A stretch of 64,000 nucleotides of DNA from a virus (IMGVR_UViG_3300024331_000007:32001-96000); one strand, 5' to 3'. Shown: positions 23,363 through 33,725, numbered from the stretch's first letter. The notes: a model not told the origin generated them from the letters alone. Numbers and translations: made by a program.

Positions 23363-23929
23363 TTATTGTGTTTCTTCTAATAATGCCATATGAAGAGTTA
23401 CCAAAATTGAATAAGACAAGGCGTGAGATTTACGAAATGTATAACCTTCACTGGAATCTCTGTCCCATACTGACTTTGAAACAATCGACCACGGTAAGCC
23501 TTGCAAATGTTTCTTACCGGGACGGATGATAGCAAGAAACATCGCCAGATGCTCAATGCTCTTGATAGGTTCAGGCAGATGTCGAATCATATCTGCGTAG
23601 TTGCTGATGTGAACCAACTTGTTGACAAATTCCTTATCGAGTAACTTTGACCAATTAACTTCTTTGGCTAGAAGTTGTTCAAGATGTTTCGGAGATTTCA
23701 CTAACTTATATACTGACTGATTCAGAATATCTAATTTAAAGTAGCCCAAGGTTTCCGCTGTTTTATAATCAATGCTGGCAAAACCAGAAATAGGATTCTG
23801 CGGGATTGCCGTCACATAAATTCCGCTGTTGTGCTTTACCCTGTCTTCAAGTATAGCAGGAGTGCAATCAATATGTGAAAGAATTTCGTTGCGATCCGAA
23901 AAATCTAAATCTACGTCTGCTTTTATCAT
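23363..23929 (-). CDS. Miniature DNA polymerase III alpha (DnaE)-like protein
   Basis: DVDLDF, HNSGIYV, KLDILN, LAIIRPG, YTFRKSHALSY in 188 aa. Confidence 0.75.
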   Translation of the reverse strand: MIKADVDLDFSDRNEILSHIDCTPAILEDRVKHNSGIYVTAIPQNPISGFASIDYKTAETLGYFKLDILNQSVYKLVKSPKHLEQLLAKEVNWSKLLDKEFVNKLVHISNYADMIRHLPEPIKSIEHLAMFLAIIRPGKKHLQGLPWSIVSKSVWDRDSSEGYTFRKSHALSYSILVTLHMALLEETQ

Positions 23930-24702
23930 AGTCCTGATTTATTACATATCATCGAAATGTCTTCAGTTTCGTTTTTCATTCGTTCAAGTCTGATCTTCCA
24001 ACGTGACGGATCGAGCCACAACCACACTAATTCTAAATCACCCTGCGATAAATTACTAAGCCATTCTCTACCGCTTTTGCAATTAAATACTGCCCATCCA
24101 CTAATCCATCCTTTACGAACATCCGTTAGGATTCGCGCTGTTGCGGCCTCTTTAAAATAGTTTTCATAAGGCTTTCCAACTTCATCGGCCCAAACTGCCA
24201 TCTTCTGTACACTGCGTTCAAATGCATCCCACGGGTCTTCGATGAATACATAATATTGCAACCAGCAATCGTAAACTTCATCTTTATCCCATTTATCAAT
24301 CTCAACATTGAGCTTTAGAAGCCACGACAAATATTGTCTGGGATTCATGGCATGAATGTCAATAACAAAATGGCCCCAACGCATACATGCCAAATAGAAA
24401 TCGCTTCTGCGAAAATCTTCTTCTGTATTCTTGTTGTGTTTACCAAAAAACATTTGTTGAATGGACAGAAACGCTTCCAAACCAAGACGAGCAAATGGAG
24501 CATCTTTTTGTTGGTATCGTCTACGCTGTTCACAAAGATGGCTCGTGACTCTTTTTTCAGATGAGAATACTCGCGTACAATATTGGCACGGAAACTCGCC
24601 TCTCTTGCCAAGAACGATTGGTTCTTTCGTCTTTACATAACGAGGCTTTCGTTTCACAGTGCCTTTAGTTCTTTTTCTTGTTTCCCGCACTGCCTCAACC
24701 AT
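23926..24702 (-). CDS. Hypothetical protein with C2H2-like finger
   Basis: FPCQYCTRVF..HLC. Confidence 0.75.
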   Translation of the reverse strand: MVEAVRETRKRTKGTVKRKPRYVKTKEPIVLGKRGEFPCQYCTRVFSSEKRVTSHLCEQRRRYQQKDAPFARLGLEAFLSIQQMFFGKHNKNTEEDFRRSDFYLACMRWGHFVIDIHAMNPRQYLSWLLKLNVEIDKWDKDEVYDCWLQYYVFIEDPWDAFERSVQKMAVWADEVGKPYENYFKEAATARILTDVRKGWISGWAVFNCKSGREWLSNLSQGDLELVWLWLDPSRWKIRLERMKNETEDISMICNKSGL

Positions 24703-25136
24703 TCCTTTATTTCCTCTTTAGTATTGAGTTGAATCATCAAGTCAATATCACTTTCTTTTTCGTTTGGTAGCAACTCCAGCAATATGTTTTTAAGTGCCGA
24801 CGAGCCTTTGCCTTTATTTGCCCCCAACCAATAATGTCGTTGCTTACCAATTCCCGGTGAAACTGTGCAACATGAAAGCCATTGTAGCTTCTTGTGTTTA
24901 TTCAGGGACCATAGATGGGCATTAACAAATTCGTTTGTGGCAACAGCGTAATATTTTGAAATATCGTTGTTACCTTCTACTGTCGAACCCCATCTCATTA
25001 GAATGTAAGGAGAGAATACTTTTTTCTGGTCGTCAGTTAACCGATCATAGTAGTCGTAATCCTTACGGTCAAACGCGGCCATTTCGTTGTGAATTGCCAA
25101 CGGATCGCTGTAATCTTTTTTTGATTTAGTTCCCAT
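24654..25136 (-). CDS. Clamp loader small subunit-like (T4 gp62 family)
   Basis: FSPYILMRW...NEFVN...KKLQW...RHYWL parallels gp62 motifs of T4-like phages. Confidence 0.5.
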   Translation of the reverse strand: MGTKSKKDYSDPLAIHNEMAAFDRKDYDYYDRLTDDQKKVFSPYILMRWGSTVEGNNDISKYYAVATNEFVNAHLWSLNKHKKLQWLSCCTVSPGIGKQRHYWLGANKGKGSSALKNILLELLPNEKESDIDLMIQLNTKEEIKEWLRQCGKQEKELKAL

Positions 25137-25450
25137 CAGTATAGGTTTCCGTCTTCATCAATTTCTAAACAAGCGCATGCCAGAACTCCAGCCAGTTTGT
25201 AGACTTTTTGATGGCACAGAGGACATTCATCACCCTCTTCCATGATTTTCATCTTAACAGGTTGTGAGTGTTTATACAATTCATTCATGACATTCCTGAA
25301 AATTGCTGTTACGTGATTTCCTGTTGCCCCTGAATAACCTGAGTATTCTTCAGGAACACCCAAATCCCACCCTTTAATTGCATCCCAAATTGCGTTCCAA
25401 ACTACATCTTCGAGCATGTCTTTGGTAGGGTCTTCGTAAAATGAACTCAT
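25136..25450 (-). CDS. Hypothetical protein
   Basis: 104 aa, coupled overlaps at both ends. Confidence 0.65.
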   Translation of the reverse strand: MSSFYEDPTKDMLEDVVWNAIWDAIKGWDLGVPEEYSGYSGATGNHVTAIFRNVMNELYKHSQPVKMKIMEEGDECPLCHQKVYKLAGVLACACLEIDEDGNLY

Positions 25451-25971
25451 TAACCTGCCTCGCTGAGTGGCACAACCTCAAGAGACTTCGGCATATCACG
25501 AACAATGTAGATGCAATTTGGTTTGTTGATCGGCATCAACGGAACACACAAAAGTTGACCAGTCTTCATCTTTGGCATAAACCATTTGATAGAAGGCAGA
25601 ACATCTTCAACTTCTATGTGCAAATATTCTGGTCGGAAGCTGCTGACTGGATTCATTGAGAATGCTTTGAAATGTCTGCCACTGAGACTAGTTACTGGAT
25701 TGATTTCTAAATCGCCGTGAGATGGCTCCCCGATCAAAATTTGGTAATCCGCTGGCACGTTGATAAAGTAGCTCGTTGGATTGCGACGGGAATTATCAAT
25801 GGTCAAACGAAGTTTGATCGTCGGCGCGTAGAAACTTTCGAGCATGATTAACGGCACACAGAAGTAATCCTTCGCTCCTGTGGCGTTATCGAAAACCCAA
25901 AAATAGAAATCGCATTGATCAGGGATTAAATTTAAATCCACTGGATGATTGTCTTCGTTGAGAATGAGCAT
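25450..25971 (-). CDS. Hypothetical protein (early, probably leaderless)
   Basis: 173 aa; TTGACT-18-TATACT 6 nt before the ATG. Confidence 0.75.
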   Translation of the reverse strand: MLILNEDNHPVDLNLIPDQCDFYFWVFDNATGAKDYFCVPLIMLESFYAPTIKLRLTIDNSRRNPTSYFINVPADYQILIGEPSHGDLEINPVTSLSGRHFKAFSMNPVSSFRPEYLHIEVEDVLPSIKWFMPKMKTGQLLCVPLMPINKPNCIYIVRDMPKSLEVVPLSEAG

Positions 25972-26035
25972 TAATTAAGTATAGGCTCCAAGCCTTGTTG
26001 CAGTCAATGTATTTATTCATCAACAATTTCAAATG

Positions 26036-27502
26036 TTAACCTTGCCAATCAACTTTTGAAATTGTGAATGGAAATTGTTGTTCAGCATAAAATTTTTTTC
26101 GGTTCGTAAGATGGCGCTTCGAGAATCTGCAAGAAGAACAAATATCCCAAATGGTTGCGTGATTTTTGTCAAAACTTGTTCTAAGGGCGCGTCCCACAGA
26201 TTGGATTGTACGAACAAAACTCTTCCCCGGTTCAAACAAGAACAAATGATTCAATCTTGGAATGTCAATACCGACTGCCGCAATACCAGAAGTTGCAATG
26301 ATAACCTTTTTATTGCTCACAGCAACCTCATCATAGTGTTCTCTTCGTGTTGTTGATTTTGTAGCACCTGACAGAAATATGCTGTCTGGTATCATCCCTT
26401 CCAACACCTTTCCAGTTTCTTTTCTACCGACAAGCACCAAAACATTTCCAGAATTGGCGGCAGTCATAACCAAATCAGCAACGAACTCTAAACGTCCCCG
26501 TTCTGTAACCAAATAATCATATTCAGCGGCATAGTTTGTGAACTCGCGAGTATCGATCATTTGTAGAATTTTCACATCACAATTACTCAGGATTCCTTTC
26601 TCCTGTAATTCTGATGTTGCAAGTCGATGAATGACCTCTCCAATGGCAATTGTTAAGTTAACTACTTGATGCGGTTCTTTTGGTACAGTTCCAGTGACAG
26701 CCCACCGAATAGGCACTTTGGCAAATTCACGACTTAGCATGCTGCTCAGTTTTTCAGCAGCAATTCCGTGGCATTCATCAACAATAATCGCAACAACTCC
26801 CTGTGTGAACTGTTGGAAAGTAATGGGATCACCATAACCAATATCAATTGCTGACTGGCGTAGCTTTTCCAGACTTTGCCATGTGCAAATCGTATGAGTT
26901 TTGAAAAAATCCTTTCGTTCTCCGTAATAAACACCGACATCCAAACCCAAAATATTATAATAGACTTCTGTTTGAGTAATCAAATCCTTGTTAGGTACAA
27001 TAATGATGCTTCGACCATACTTTTCGATCTTTTTGGACAAAACAGCAGTAACTAAACTCTTTCCACTTGCTGTTGGCAAGCAGGCAATGCCTTGCAGGTC
27101 TTTTAGAAAAACATTAACAGCTTCGGTCTGGTGATCCCGCATGATAATTGGTTGACCGGCCATAGGATGTCCAGTTGGCCACATATGATTGGATAAGTAG
27201 TTATTATCAATGGAATCGAATTGAAAGTCTCGATTATAAATTCGTTGGTCATCTAACTCAATTTCATAATCCTGCGATGCCAGATACTCAATAATTGGAC
27301 CCAAAAGATTAATATAAGTGTCTCCGCCCATTGCGAAGTAAGCAGTTTTTCCATCCCATCGGCCAAGTCTTACTGCTGGAGTGAAACGAAGTGCTGGATT
27401 GAAAATTTTGCTTCTATTGTATAGGTTTCTTCTGATTTCTGGCGGAAGACCAATAAATTTGCAATTTACTTCATCTAGTATTTGTAATTTAGCAGTGTTC
27501 AT
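26036..27502 (-). CDS. uvsW: SF2 DNA helicase, UvsW-like
   Basis: MRDHQ, PTASGKS, IVDECH, TGT, GIDIP, QSVGRALR. Confidence 0.88.
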   Translation of the reverse strand: MNTAKLQILDEVNCKFIGLPPEIRRNLYNRSKIFNPALRFTPAVRLGRWDGKTAYFAMGGDTYINLLGPIIEYLASQDYEIELDDQRIYNRDFQFDSIDNNYLSNHMWPTGHPMAGQPIIMRDHQTEAVNVFLKDLQGIACLPTASGKSLVTAVLSKKIEKYGRSIIIVPNKDLITQTEVYYNILGLDVGVYYGERKDFFKTHTICTWQSLEKLRQSAIDIGYGDPITFQQFTQGVVAIIVDECHGIAAEKLSSMLSREFAKVPIRWAVTGTVPKEPHQVVNLTIAIGEVIHRLATSELQEKGILSNCDVKILQMIDTREFTNYAAEYDYLVTERGRLEFVADLVMTAANSGNVLVLVGRKETGKVLEGMIPDSIFLSGATKSTTRREHYDEVAVSNKKVIIATSGIAAVGIDIPRLNHLFLFEPGKSFVRTIQSVGRALRTSFDKNHATIWDICSSCRFSKRHLTNRKKFYAEQQFPFTISKVDWQG

Positions 27503-27586
27503 AGGTTCTAACGATTATAACTGAGGCTAGTGTGCGATGCAACACAAAAAGATAAATACATAAGATTAGTGTACGGAGATTCTGGT

Positions 27587-27913
27587 ATGGATACAGCAAA
27601 CTTTTTACGAGCACTGGCGAACGTAATTGACGCGGCCCAAAATATAAGCTCAGAAAAATCGGACGGTGCTGCTGTTCAGTCATCAGAAACAGATGTAATG
27701 GTTCCGCCTCTGCAACAAGAACTAGAATTAATGAAGAAGATAGCTAATGTTGAATCAGTTTACGATGGCTGTGAGTGTGGTCAAGAAAACTGTGAATGTG
27801 AAAAAGCTGCGGTCGAATCTGACTCTTCGGAAAATGTCGATGATGAACTAACCGTCCTAAAAAAGAACGCGGGACTGGGATTGGGTCTGTCTGACGACAA
27901 ACTCGAAGGGTAA
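27587..27913 (+). CDS. Hypothetical late protein
   Basis: GGAG RBS, TAAATA upstream; ELELMKKIA and ELTVLKKNAG repeats. Confidence 0.65.
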   Translation: MDTANFLRALANVIDAAQNISSEKSDGAAVQSSETDVMVPPLQQELELMKKIANVESVYDGCECGQENCECEKAAVESDSSENVDDELTVLKKNAGLGLGLSDDKLEG

Positions 27914-27919
27914 GGATGA

Positions 27920-28267
27920 ATGTCTTCGGAAGTATATCTTCAGAAAATCTGGTCTAGCCGCGTAAATGGCGCTAACGCCAACGTATTTGTTGGTGAAGCT
28001 GGACGGCTATTTTATGACCAAAACACCCCTCTTATTAGATTATCCGATGGTGTAACTCCCGGTGGAATTATTGTCGCAGGCGGCAATGCAAACGTATCTG
28101 CGGGACCGCAGGGTTATCAAGGTGTGGCGGGTGCCCAAGGACCTCAGGGTGTAATAGGTGTAGCTGGACCACAAGGAACACAAGGTAATCAAGGAAATCA
28201 AGGAGCTTCAAGCGCAGTAATACCATCCGTTGATTACTCACAAGTATTTTTATTGATGGGAGCATAA
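27920..28267 (+). CDS. Fibre-associated protein (Mtd-N-like head plus short collagen)
   Basis: FVGEAGRLFYD...IRLSDGVTPGG followed by GxQ repeats. Confidence 0.65.
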   Translation: MSSEVYLQKIWSSRVNGANANVFVGEAGRLFYDQNTPLIRLSDGVTPGGIIVAGGNANVSAGPQGYQGVAGAQGPQGVIGVAGPQGTQGNQGNQGASSAVIPSVDYSQVFLLMGA

Positions 28268-28268
28268 T

Positions 28269-28595
28269 ATGGCCTCAATACTTCGAGTTCTCGGACAGGC
28301 ATATCCTACAGCTAATGTTGAAACGACTTTTTATACTTGTGCAACCAACTCAGTCGTAATCTCTACTTTTTTCATATGTAATTCGGGCCCATCTCAAGAC
28401 CTAGTATCTGCAAGAATTTGTGTCGGTGGAGCGTCGTCGGATAACAAGCAACTATTATGTTCAAATTTGGTAATTGGTGGAAGTAGCATTTTAGAAATAA
28501 CCGCTGGCTTAACTCTTGCAAATACGGATGTTATAAAGGTTACATCCCAAACTGGAACAACTACATTCCAGCTTTTCGGGCAGGAGAATATGTAA
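28269..28595 (+). CDS. Probable virion/fibre assembly protein
   Basis: 108-aa beta-rich ORF between fibre genes. Confidence 0.6.
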   Translation: MASILRVLGQAYPTANVETTFYTCATNSVVISTFFICNSGPSQDLVSARICVGGASSDNKQLLCSNLVIGGSSILEITAGLTLANTDVIKVTSQTGTTTFQLFGQENM

Positions 28596-30385
28596 TGGCA
28601 ATAAACAGCTATCCACCCAATGAACTACAAGGGCCACAAGGACAGCAAGGACCACAGGGACAAAATTCTGGACAAATTTATTACCTAGACCCAACCACTA
28701 ACTCAGATATAGTTGGTTTCTTTGTTGCCAGTCCAACCCCTGTTGCAGATCATCCCGATGCAACTTTGTCAGTATCCTCTACTGGCAATTCAATTGTTCT
28801 TCTTGGACAATTTGCTACTCCTTTGGGTTTTCCCGGTATTTTTACGAATCCTGCTGGAACAGCAACCAGAAATTTTTGGGTTTCGACTGGAGATATAACA
28901 CAAGAAGCACAATTAATTGTTGAAGGTTATGTGTGTGATATCGATGGCAGTAGTCCAGTGTTATTGCTAACTAATCATTCTTCAATTTTTAGCGGCATCG
29001 CTCCTCAAATGATTAATTGGCCCGTTGTAATTTCAACATCATTTCCAATGGTAGTGACCGATAGAATAGAATGGAAAGTATACGCTCAACGCATGGGCGG
29101 TCCAGACCCATGCAATGTCACTGTTTATTTTAATGGTATAGAAGATCAAAGTTTTATTCAAACAACCATTACTTCAGGAAGAGTGGGGCCACAAGGAACA
29201 CAGGGAACCCAAGGAAATCAAGGCGAACCTTCCACTGTGCAAGGACCGCAAGGATCAACTGGCTCGACTGGTTCACAAGGAAACCAAGGCAACCAAGGCA
29301 ACCAAGGAACACAGGGATCACAGGGCAACCAAGGAAACCAAGGCAACCAAGGCAACCAAGGAACACAGGGATCACAGGGCAACCAAGGAAACCAAGGAAG
29401 CACTGGCTCGACTGGTTCGCAAGGAAACCAAGGCAACCAAGGCAACCAAGGAACACAGGGATCACAGGGCAACCAAGGAAACCAAGGCAACCAAGGCAAC
29501 AAAGGAACACAAGGAACACAGGGATCACAGGGCAACCAAGGCAACCAAGGAAGCACTGGCTCGACTGGTTCGCAAGGAAACCAAGGCAACCAAGGCAACC
29601 AAGGAACACAGGGATCACAGGGCAACCAAGGAAACCAAGGCAACCAAGGCAACCAAGGAACACAAGGAACACAGGGATCACAGGGCAACCAAGGCAACCA
29701 AGGAAGCACTGGCTCGACTGGTTCGCAAGGAAACCAAGGCAACCAAGGAACACAAGGAACACAGGGATCACAGGGCAACCAAGGAACACAGGGAACACAG
29801 GGCAACCAAGGAACACAAGGAACACAGGGATCACAGGGCAACCAAGGAAACCAAGGAACACAGGGATCACAGGGCAACCAAGGAACACAGGGAACACAGG
29901 GATCACAGGGCAACCAAGGAACACAGGACTCATTTTTCATTCAGGGAACACAATTCTCTTTAGGTGGGTCTGGAACTGGTATTCAAAATGTTCTAGGTTT
30001 ACAGACGGGAACGTTAGTAAATTCTGCAACTTATGAAGTCACTGCAATTATTGGTTCGCAACTTACCGCTGGAACTCAGGGTCTTCAGCTTGCATTACAA
30101 TGTTCCGTGGCTGGTGCAACTGTCGCTGCGTCTTTTGTTGGAAGTCAGGGCGCTCTTGCTACGACTGGAACAGCGAGTGCATCTCTAGGCTATCTAACAG
30201 GACAAGGTGTTCAAGGACCGCAATTTAACGAAGTTGCAGGATTGGGTATGGCAGAAATAAAAGGAATCGTCATTACCCCAAGTACAGGATCGCCTGTTAT
30301 AGGAATCCAAGCAAAAGGCGTTCAAGCAACTGCGCTTGGATGGATAAAGGCAAACTCGTATTTGAAGGTTACAAGAATCTCATAA
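28595..30385 (+). CDS. Collagen-like tail fibre protein
   Basis: About 80 G-X-Y triplets (QGN/QGT/QGS) between globular domains. Confidence 0.85.
   Translation: MAINSYPPNELQGPQGQQGPQGQNSGQIYYLDPTTNSDIVGFFVASPTPVADHPDATLSVSSTGNSIVLLGQFATPLGFPGIFTNPAGTATRNFWVSTGDITQEAQLIVEGYVCDIDGSSPVLLLTNHSSIFSGIAPQMINWPVVISTSFPMVVTDRIEWKVYAQRMGGPDPCNVTVYFNGIEDQSFIQTTITSGRVGPQGTQGTQGNQGEPSTVQGPQGSTGSTGSQGNQGNQGNQGTQGSQGNQGNQGNQGNQGTQGSQGNQGNQGSTGSTGSQGNQGNQGNQGTQGSQGNQGNQGNQGNKGTQGTQGSQGNQGNQGSTGSTGSQGNQGNQGNQGTQGSQGNQGNQGNQGNQGTQGTQGSQGNQGNQGSTGSTGSQGNQGNQGTQGTQGSQGNQGTQGTQGNQGTQGTQGSQGNQGNQGTQGSQGNQGTQGTQGSQGNQGTQDSFFIQGTQFSLGGSGTGIQNVLGLQTGTLVNSATYEVTAIIGSQLTAGTQGLQLALQCSVAGATVAASFVGSQGALATTGTASASLGYLTGQGVQGPQFNEVAGLGMAEIKGIVITPSTGSPVIGIQAKGVQATALGWIKANSYLKVTRIS
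29185..29926. repeat. 9-bp collagen repeats with 144-153-bp higher-order period
   Basis: ACTGGCTCGACTGGTTC recurs at ~29257, 29401, 29554, 29707. Confidence 0.9.
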
Positions 30386-30936
30386 TGAAAATCGCAGTAA
30401 TCACGCCGACTATTTCACATCGATCCTATCTTTTGGATCAGTGTAAACAGTCGGTGTGTAACCAAACAACCAAAGTTCCTGTATTGCATGTTTGGGGCGA
30501 GGACGTTGCTCGCGTTGGATGTGGACAAATGCGCAATAAACTCATTGCATCTTTGGATTCATCATATGATTGGGTTTCATTTCTGGATGACGACGATGTA
30601 TTGCTGCCGCAGCATCTGGATGTTCTTTCACAACGATGCGATTCCGCTGATATTATCTATTCGGATTGTGAAACAGTGGGCTGGCAGAAGAGTTGGGAAA
30701 TAACTTCATTCAATCAGCAAAGATTGTTTGAACGCAACTATATTCCAGTTACGGTGTTGATGCGCAGAAGCACCTTTGAAGCTGCGAATGGGTTTGCCAG
30801 AATTTTTGCTGAGGATTGGGACTTGTGGAAGAGATGCTCACTCGCTGGAGCAAGATTCGCATTCGTCCCTCAAGTTACTTGGCAGTACAGAAGATTTGGC
30901 GATAGTATGCTTACCACAGGTCAGATTACCTTTTAA
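30385..30936 (+). CDS. Glycosyltransferase family 2
   Basis: AVITPT, RNKLI, FLDDDD, EDWDLW; TAATG coupling to the fibre gene. Confidence 0.88.
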   Translation: MKIAVITPTISHRSYLLDQCKQSVCNQTTKVPVLHVWGEDVARVGCGQMRNKLIASLDSSYDWVSFLDDDDVLLPQHLDVLSQRCDSADIIYSDCETVGWQKSWEITSFNQQRLFERNYIPVTVLMRRSTFEAANGFARIFAEDWDLWKRCSLAGARFAFVPQVTWQYRRFGDSMLTTGQITF

Positions 30937-32147
30937 ATAGCAATCCATCCACACGGTCTATAACCATCTTTCAAGGACAGAAGATGAGCCTTAGTCCAAA
31001 TCACACCTTCTTCGTTTTTATCCGTATCATATAAACGTAATGCTTGAAATCGAACTGGTGTATCAATATATTTGGCTAGACGATCTTCTGTGTAATACTT
31101 GAAAGAGTTAATGTTCCAGAACGAAACATGTGTTGGATCTTGGTAGGCACCGCGCCCATCTGTTGAAGGAACTTGTATAAAAGCAAATCCACCGGGGGCT
31201 AACACACGATACAATTCCTTCATTGTGAATAAATTGTCCCTGAGATGTTCAAACACATCGTAGGATCGAATTACTCCAACTGAACTATCATCAAAAGGCC
31301 ACGGCTTATTCAGGTCAGCGATAATATCAGCATCCTTCAAATCAAGCGTTGTGAAGTTTCTTTTAGCGGCCATTCTTCCGCCCAATTCTACTTTCAGCAA
31401 ACCAGAACGATCAGCCCAAGCCTCAGTCAAACGTTCAATGTATTGATCGTAGATTCTGTAGACGTTGTTCTGAATTTCGTCGTTGTTCTTCAGCCACGTA
31501 TTGTTTCCGTGAACGCGATAAACATAGAGTCCACGATTGATGTGATGGAATTTTGTCACTTCATACATACGGCACATCAAATCAAGGTCATCAAGGATGC
31601 GCATGTCCTTATTGTAGCCACCGATGGCATTATAAACACTCGCCCTAAAAGCACGAAGATGGTTGGGTGCGAACCATATTCTACTGATGGATTCAGGGGT
31701 TGGCTCAAAGGAAATGTGCTCATCAAGCACATGTCCCTTATAGTTAACTTCTCTGAATTTCCATCCGTAACGCTCATCGAAGCGTTGAATCTTCTGGAAA
31801 TCGCCAGTGGCATGAATTGTGTTTGAATATACGAATCCTACTTCTGGATCGATGAACGCTTTGAAAACCTCTTCAAGAGCATTTTCAACTAGCAAATCGT
31901 CGTGGTCAAACTCCAGAAGAATTTCTCCCTTTGCCAAAGAACAACATTCGCCCTTTAATGGTCCGACCCAAGGAGGAGAAAATGGAGACTCAAAAACTTT
32001 TACTCGGGGGTCATTAAATGATACTGGAGGACAGCCGTTATTGCGAAGGATGATCCATTCCCAATCAGTGTATGCTTGATCCAGTAACGATTGATAGGCT
32101 TCTTTCAGAAAGACATCAGTGTGGGCGGGTGTAAAAACTGAAATCAT
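30933..32147 (-). CDS. GT2 glycosyltransferase fused to SAM-methyltransferase
   Basis: SVFTPAH, FDHDD, DDLDL; ELGG, DLNKPWPF, FEHL, ELYRVLAPGG, DPTH. Confidence 0.85.
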   Translation of the reverse strand: MISVFTPAHTDVFLKEAYQSLLDQAYTDWEWIILRNNGCPPVSFNDPRVKVFESPFSPPWVGPLKGECCSLAKGEILLEFDHDDLLVENALEEVFKAFIDPEVGFVYSNTIHATGDFQKIQRFDERYGWKFREVNYKGHVLDEHISFEPTPESISRIWFAPNHLRAFRASVYNAIGGYNKDMRILDDLDLMCRMYEVTKFHHINRGLYVYRVHGNNTWLKNNDEIQNNVYRIYDQYIERLTEAWADRSGLLKVELGGRMAAKRNFTTLDLKDADIIADLNKPWPFDDSSVGVIRSYDVFEHLRDNLFTMKELYRVLAPGGFAFIQVPSTDGRGAYQDPTHVSFWNINSFKYYTEDRLAKYIDTPVRFQALRLYDTDKNEEGVIWTKAHLLSLKDGYRPCGWIAI

Positions 32148-32214
32148 TAACGTACTCCTTGCGTAGTCTACGATTATATATAAACATCAAAGACTACGCA
32201 AGAAGAATGTTTGG

Positions 32215-33126
32215 TTATCCAATTATGCTTAGACTTGTTCCACAATCGCTGCAAAACTTATTTGTGGCTTTGTTAACACGACCACAAGTTACGCACTTTG
32301 GCTTCACATCAACTGTGATTGGTTTTACAACTTTGGTTTCGCCGATTGCACCGATCAACTTCAGAACAATCACTTCAGATGATTCGCAAGCAAAATCCGA
32401 GGCACGATAGAAAGTTTGGTTGCTTTCGCTACCCGGTACAGTAATTCCAGCTTTGTTTTCAGGCATTGAACACTGTGCGAGCATAACGCTCTGGTTCATC
32501 TGAGCAGGAGCCGCGCTTTTTGTAAACTCTCCCATACTACGAGTTTGAGCACAGTTTACGGCTCCGAATATTTGGCCTGATTGAGCACCGCCCAACGATC
32601 CAGACGAGGTAGTAGATGAAACCAATCCGCCTTGAATATTCGAATTATAGAATGTCCACTCGCTGCTCCACGATGGTGCTGGTGTGGTTGTGATTATAAC
32701 AGGAGGATTGTACCACGGATGGTTGTGCCAGTAATCATAATGGTACTGATGAATGACAGTTTGTGGAGCTTTGTATATTTTTTCAAATTTATATTCAACA
32801 CGAACCAAACCATCTTCTGCTTCAATGCCACGATGCTTTTCAATATTTGCTGTGCGTTCGATGAACTTGAACTTGTTTCCCTTTGAGAGATTGCCGTTCT
32901 TGATCCAGCGTTCAAGGTCCAGCTTGCCGTTTGGTTGAAGGATCAACCATCCATCAGTGGCTTCCACACCATCAATAGACACACGTACTTGTGCTCTGAC
33001 GCTGTTCATATTTTTGAGTAGGATTGAATATTCTGATCCGAATGGAACTGCTACTTCTCCATCATTCTCACGAAGAACTTTTCCATTGGCTTTTATAGAC
33101 GTGACAAATTTACGATGATACATCAT
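32215..33126 (-). CDS. Hypothetical protein with C-terminal Zn ribbon
   Basis: 303 aa; KCVTCG...KFCSDCG; AAGGAG RBS. Confidence 0.8.
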   Translation of the reverse strand: MMYHRKFVTSIKANGKVLRENDGEVAVPFGSEYSILLKNMNSVRAQVRVSIDGVEATDGWLILQPNGKLDLERWIKNGNLSKGNKFKFIERTANIEKHRGIEAEDGLVRVEYKFEKIYKAPQTVIHQYHYDYWHNHPWYNPPVIITTTPAPSWSSEWTFYNSNIQGGLVSSTTSSGSLGGAQSGQIFGAVNCAQTRSMGEFTKSAAPAQMNQSVMLAQCSMPENKAGITVPGSESNQTFYRASDFACESSEVIVLKLIGAIGETKVVKPITVDVKPKCVTCGRVNKATNKFCSDCGTSLSIIG

Positions 33127-33218
33127 TGTATTTCTCCTTTAACCGCCCACAGACTAAGAGCGCGAACAAATTTACAGCAAGCCTGTTTGGATATGATGGG
33201 TATTCCCATCAATGTTAT

Positions 33219-33725
33219 TTATGCTTGAAAATCTATGATTGGAGTAATTTTAGGAGCTTTATTTTTACCATATAATCTTTTGTTTTCTTTTTGCTGCGCT
33301 ATTGCCGCTACTTTCCGTGCTTCTCTTTCTTCGGATGTAAACTCTCCTCTTAGTTTTTGAACACGAACACCAATTATTCGTTGTCCCTTACGTCGATCTT
33401 CATAAACGTTAGAAAACGATGATAAAACCGAATCTAAGTTACCTTTTGGATACACTCGTGCTGATTCTGGTAAAAATCTAAAAAGTTTTTCAGCTTCATT
33501 ATCAATAAAACTAAACCATTCCCCGTTTACTTGGCAATATCTATACTTGTCGTGCAATTCCTTCTCTAGGGTATTATGATCTACCGCTCGCCAAACGCCG
33601 ATAATTTCTATTTTGAATGGAAGTAGAATACCGAGGTCTTTGATCCGAATTTCAGGTGTTCTTGACTTACCGATTTTGTACCATCTAAAAACTTTTGTTC
33701 CAATTAGATAAACGTAACCAGCCAT
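33219..33725 (-). CDS. T5orf172/MUG113-like GIY-YIG domain protein
   Basis: GYVYLI..YKIGKS..RIKDL..LEKELH..GEWF. Confidence 0.85.
   Translation of the reverse strand: MAGYVYLIGTKVFRWYKIGKSRTPEIRIKDLGILLPFKIEIIGVWRAVDHNTLEKELHDKYRYCQVNGEWFSFIDNEAEKLFRFLPESARVYPKGNLDSVLSSFSNVYEDRRKGQRIIGVRVQKLRGEFTSEEREARKVAAIAQQKENKRLYGKNKAPKITPIIDFQA

Noticed and set aside
29169-29940. Long minus-strand ORFs rich in PC/PW/LG repeats
   Set aside because: Antisense shadows of the collagen repeat; no RBS or promoter and low-complexity mirror content.
27920-30385. Diversity-generating retroelement at the Mtd-N-like/fibre genes
   Set aside because: No reverse transcriptase and no TR/VR pair differing at adenines is visible.
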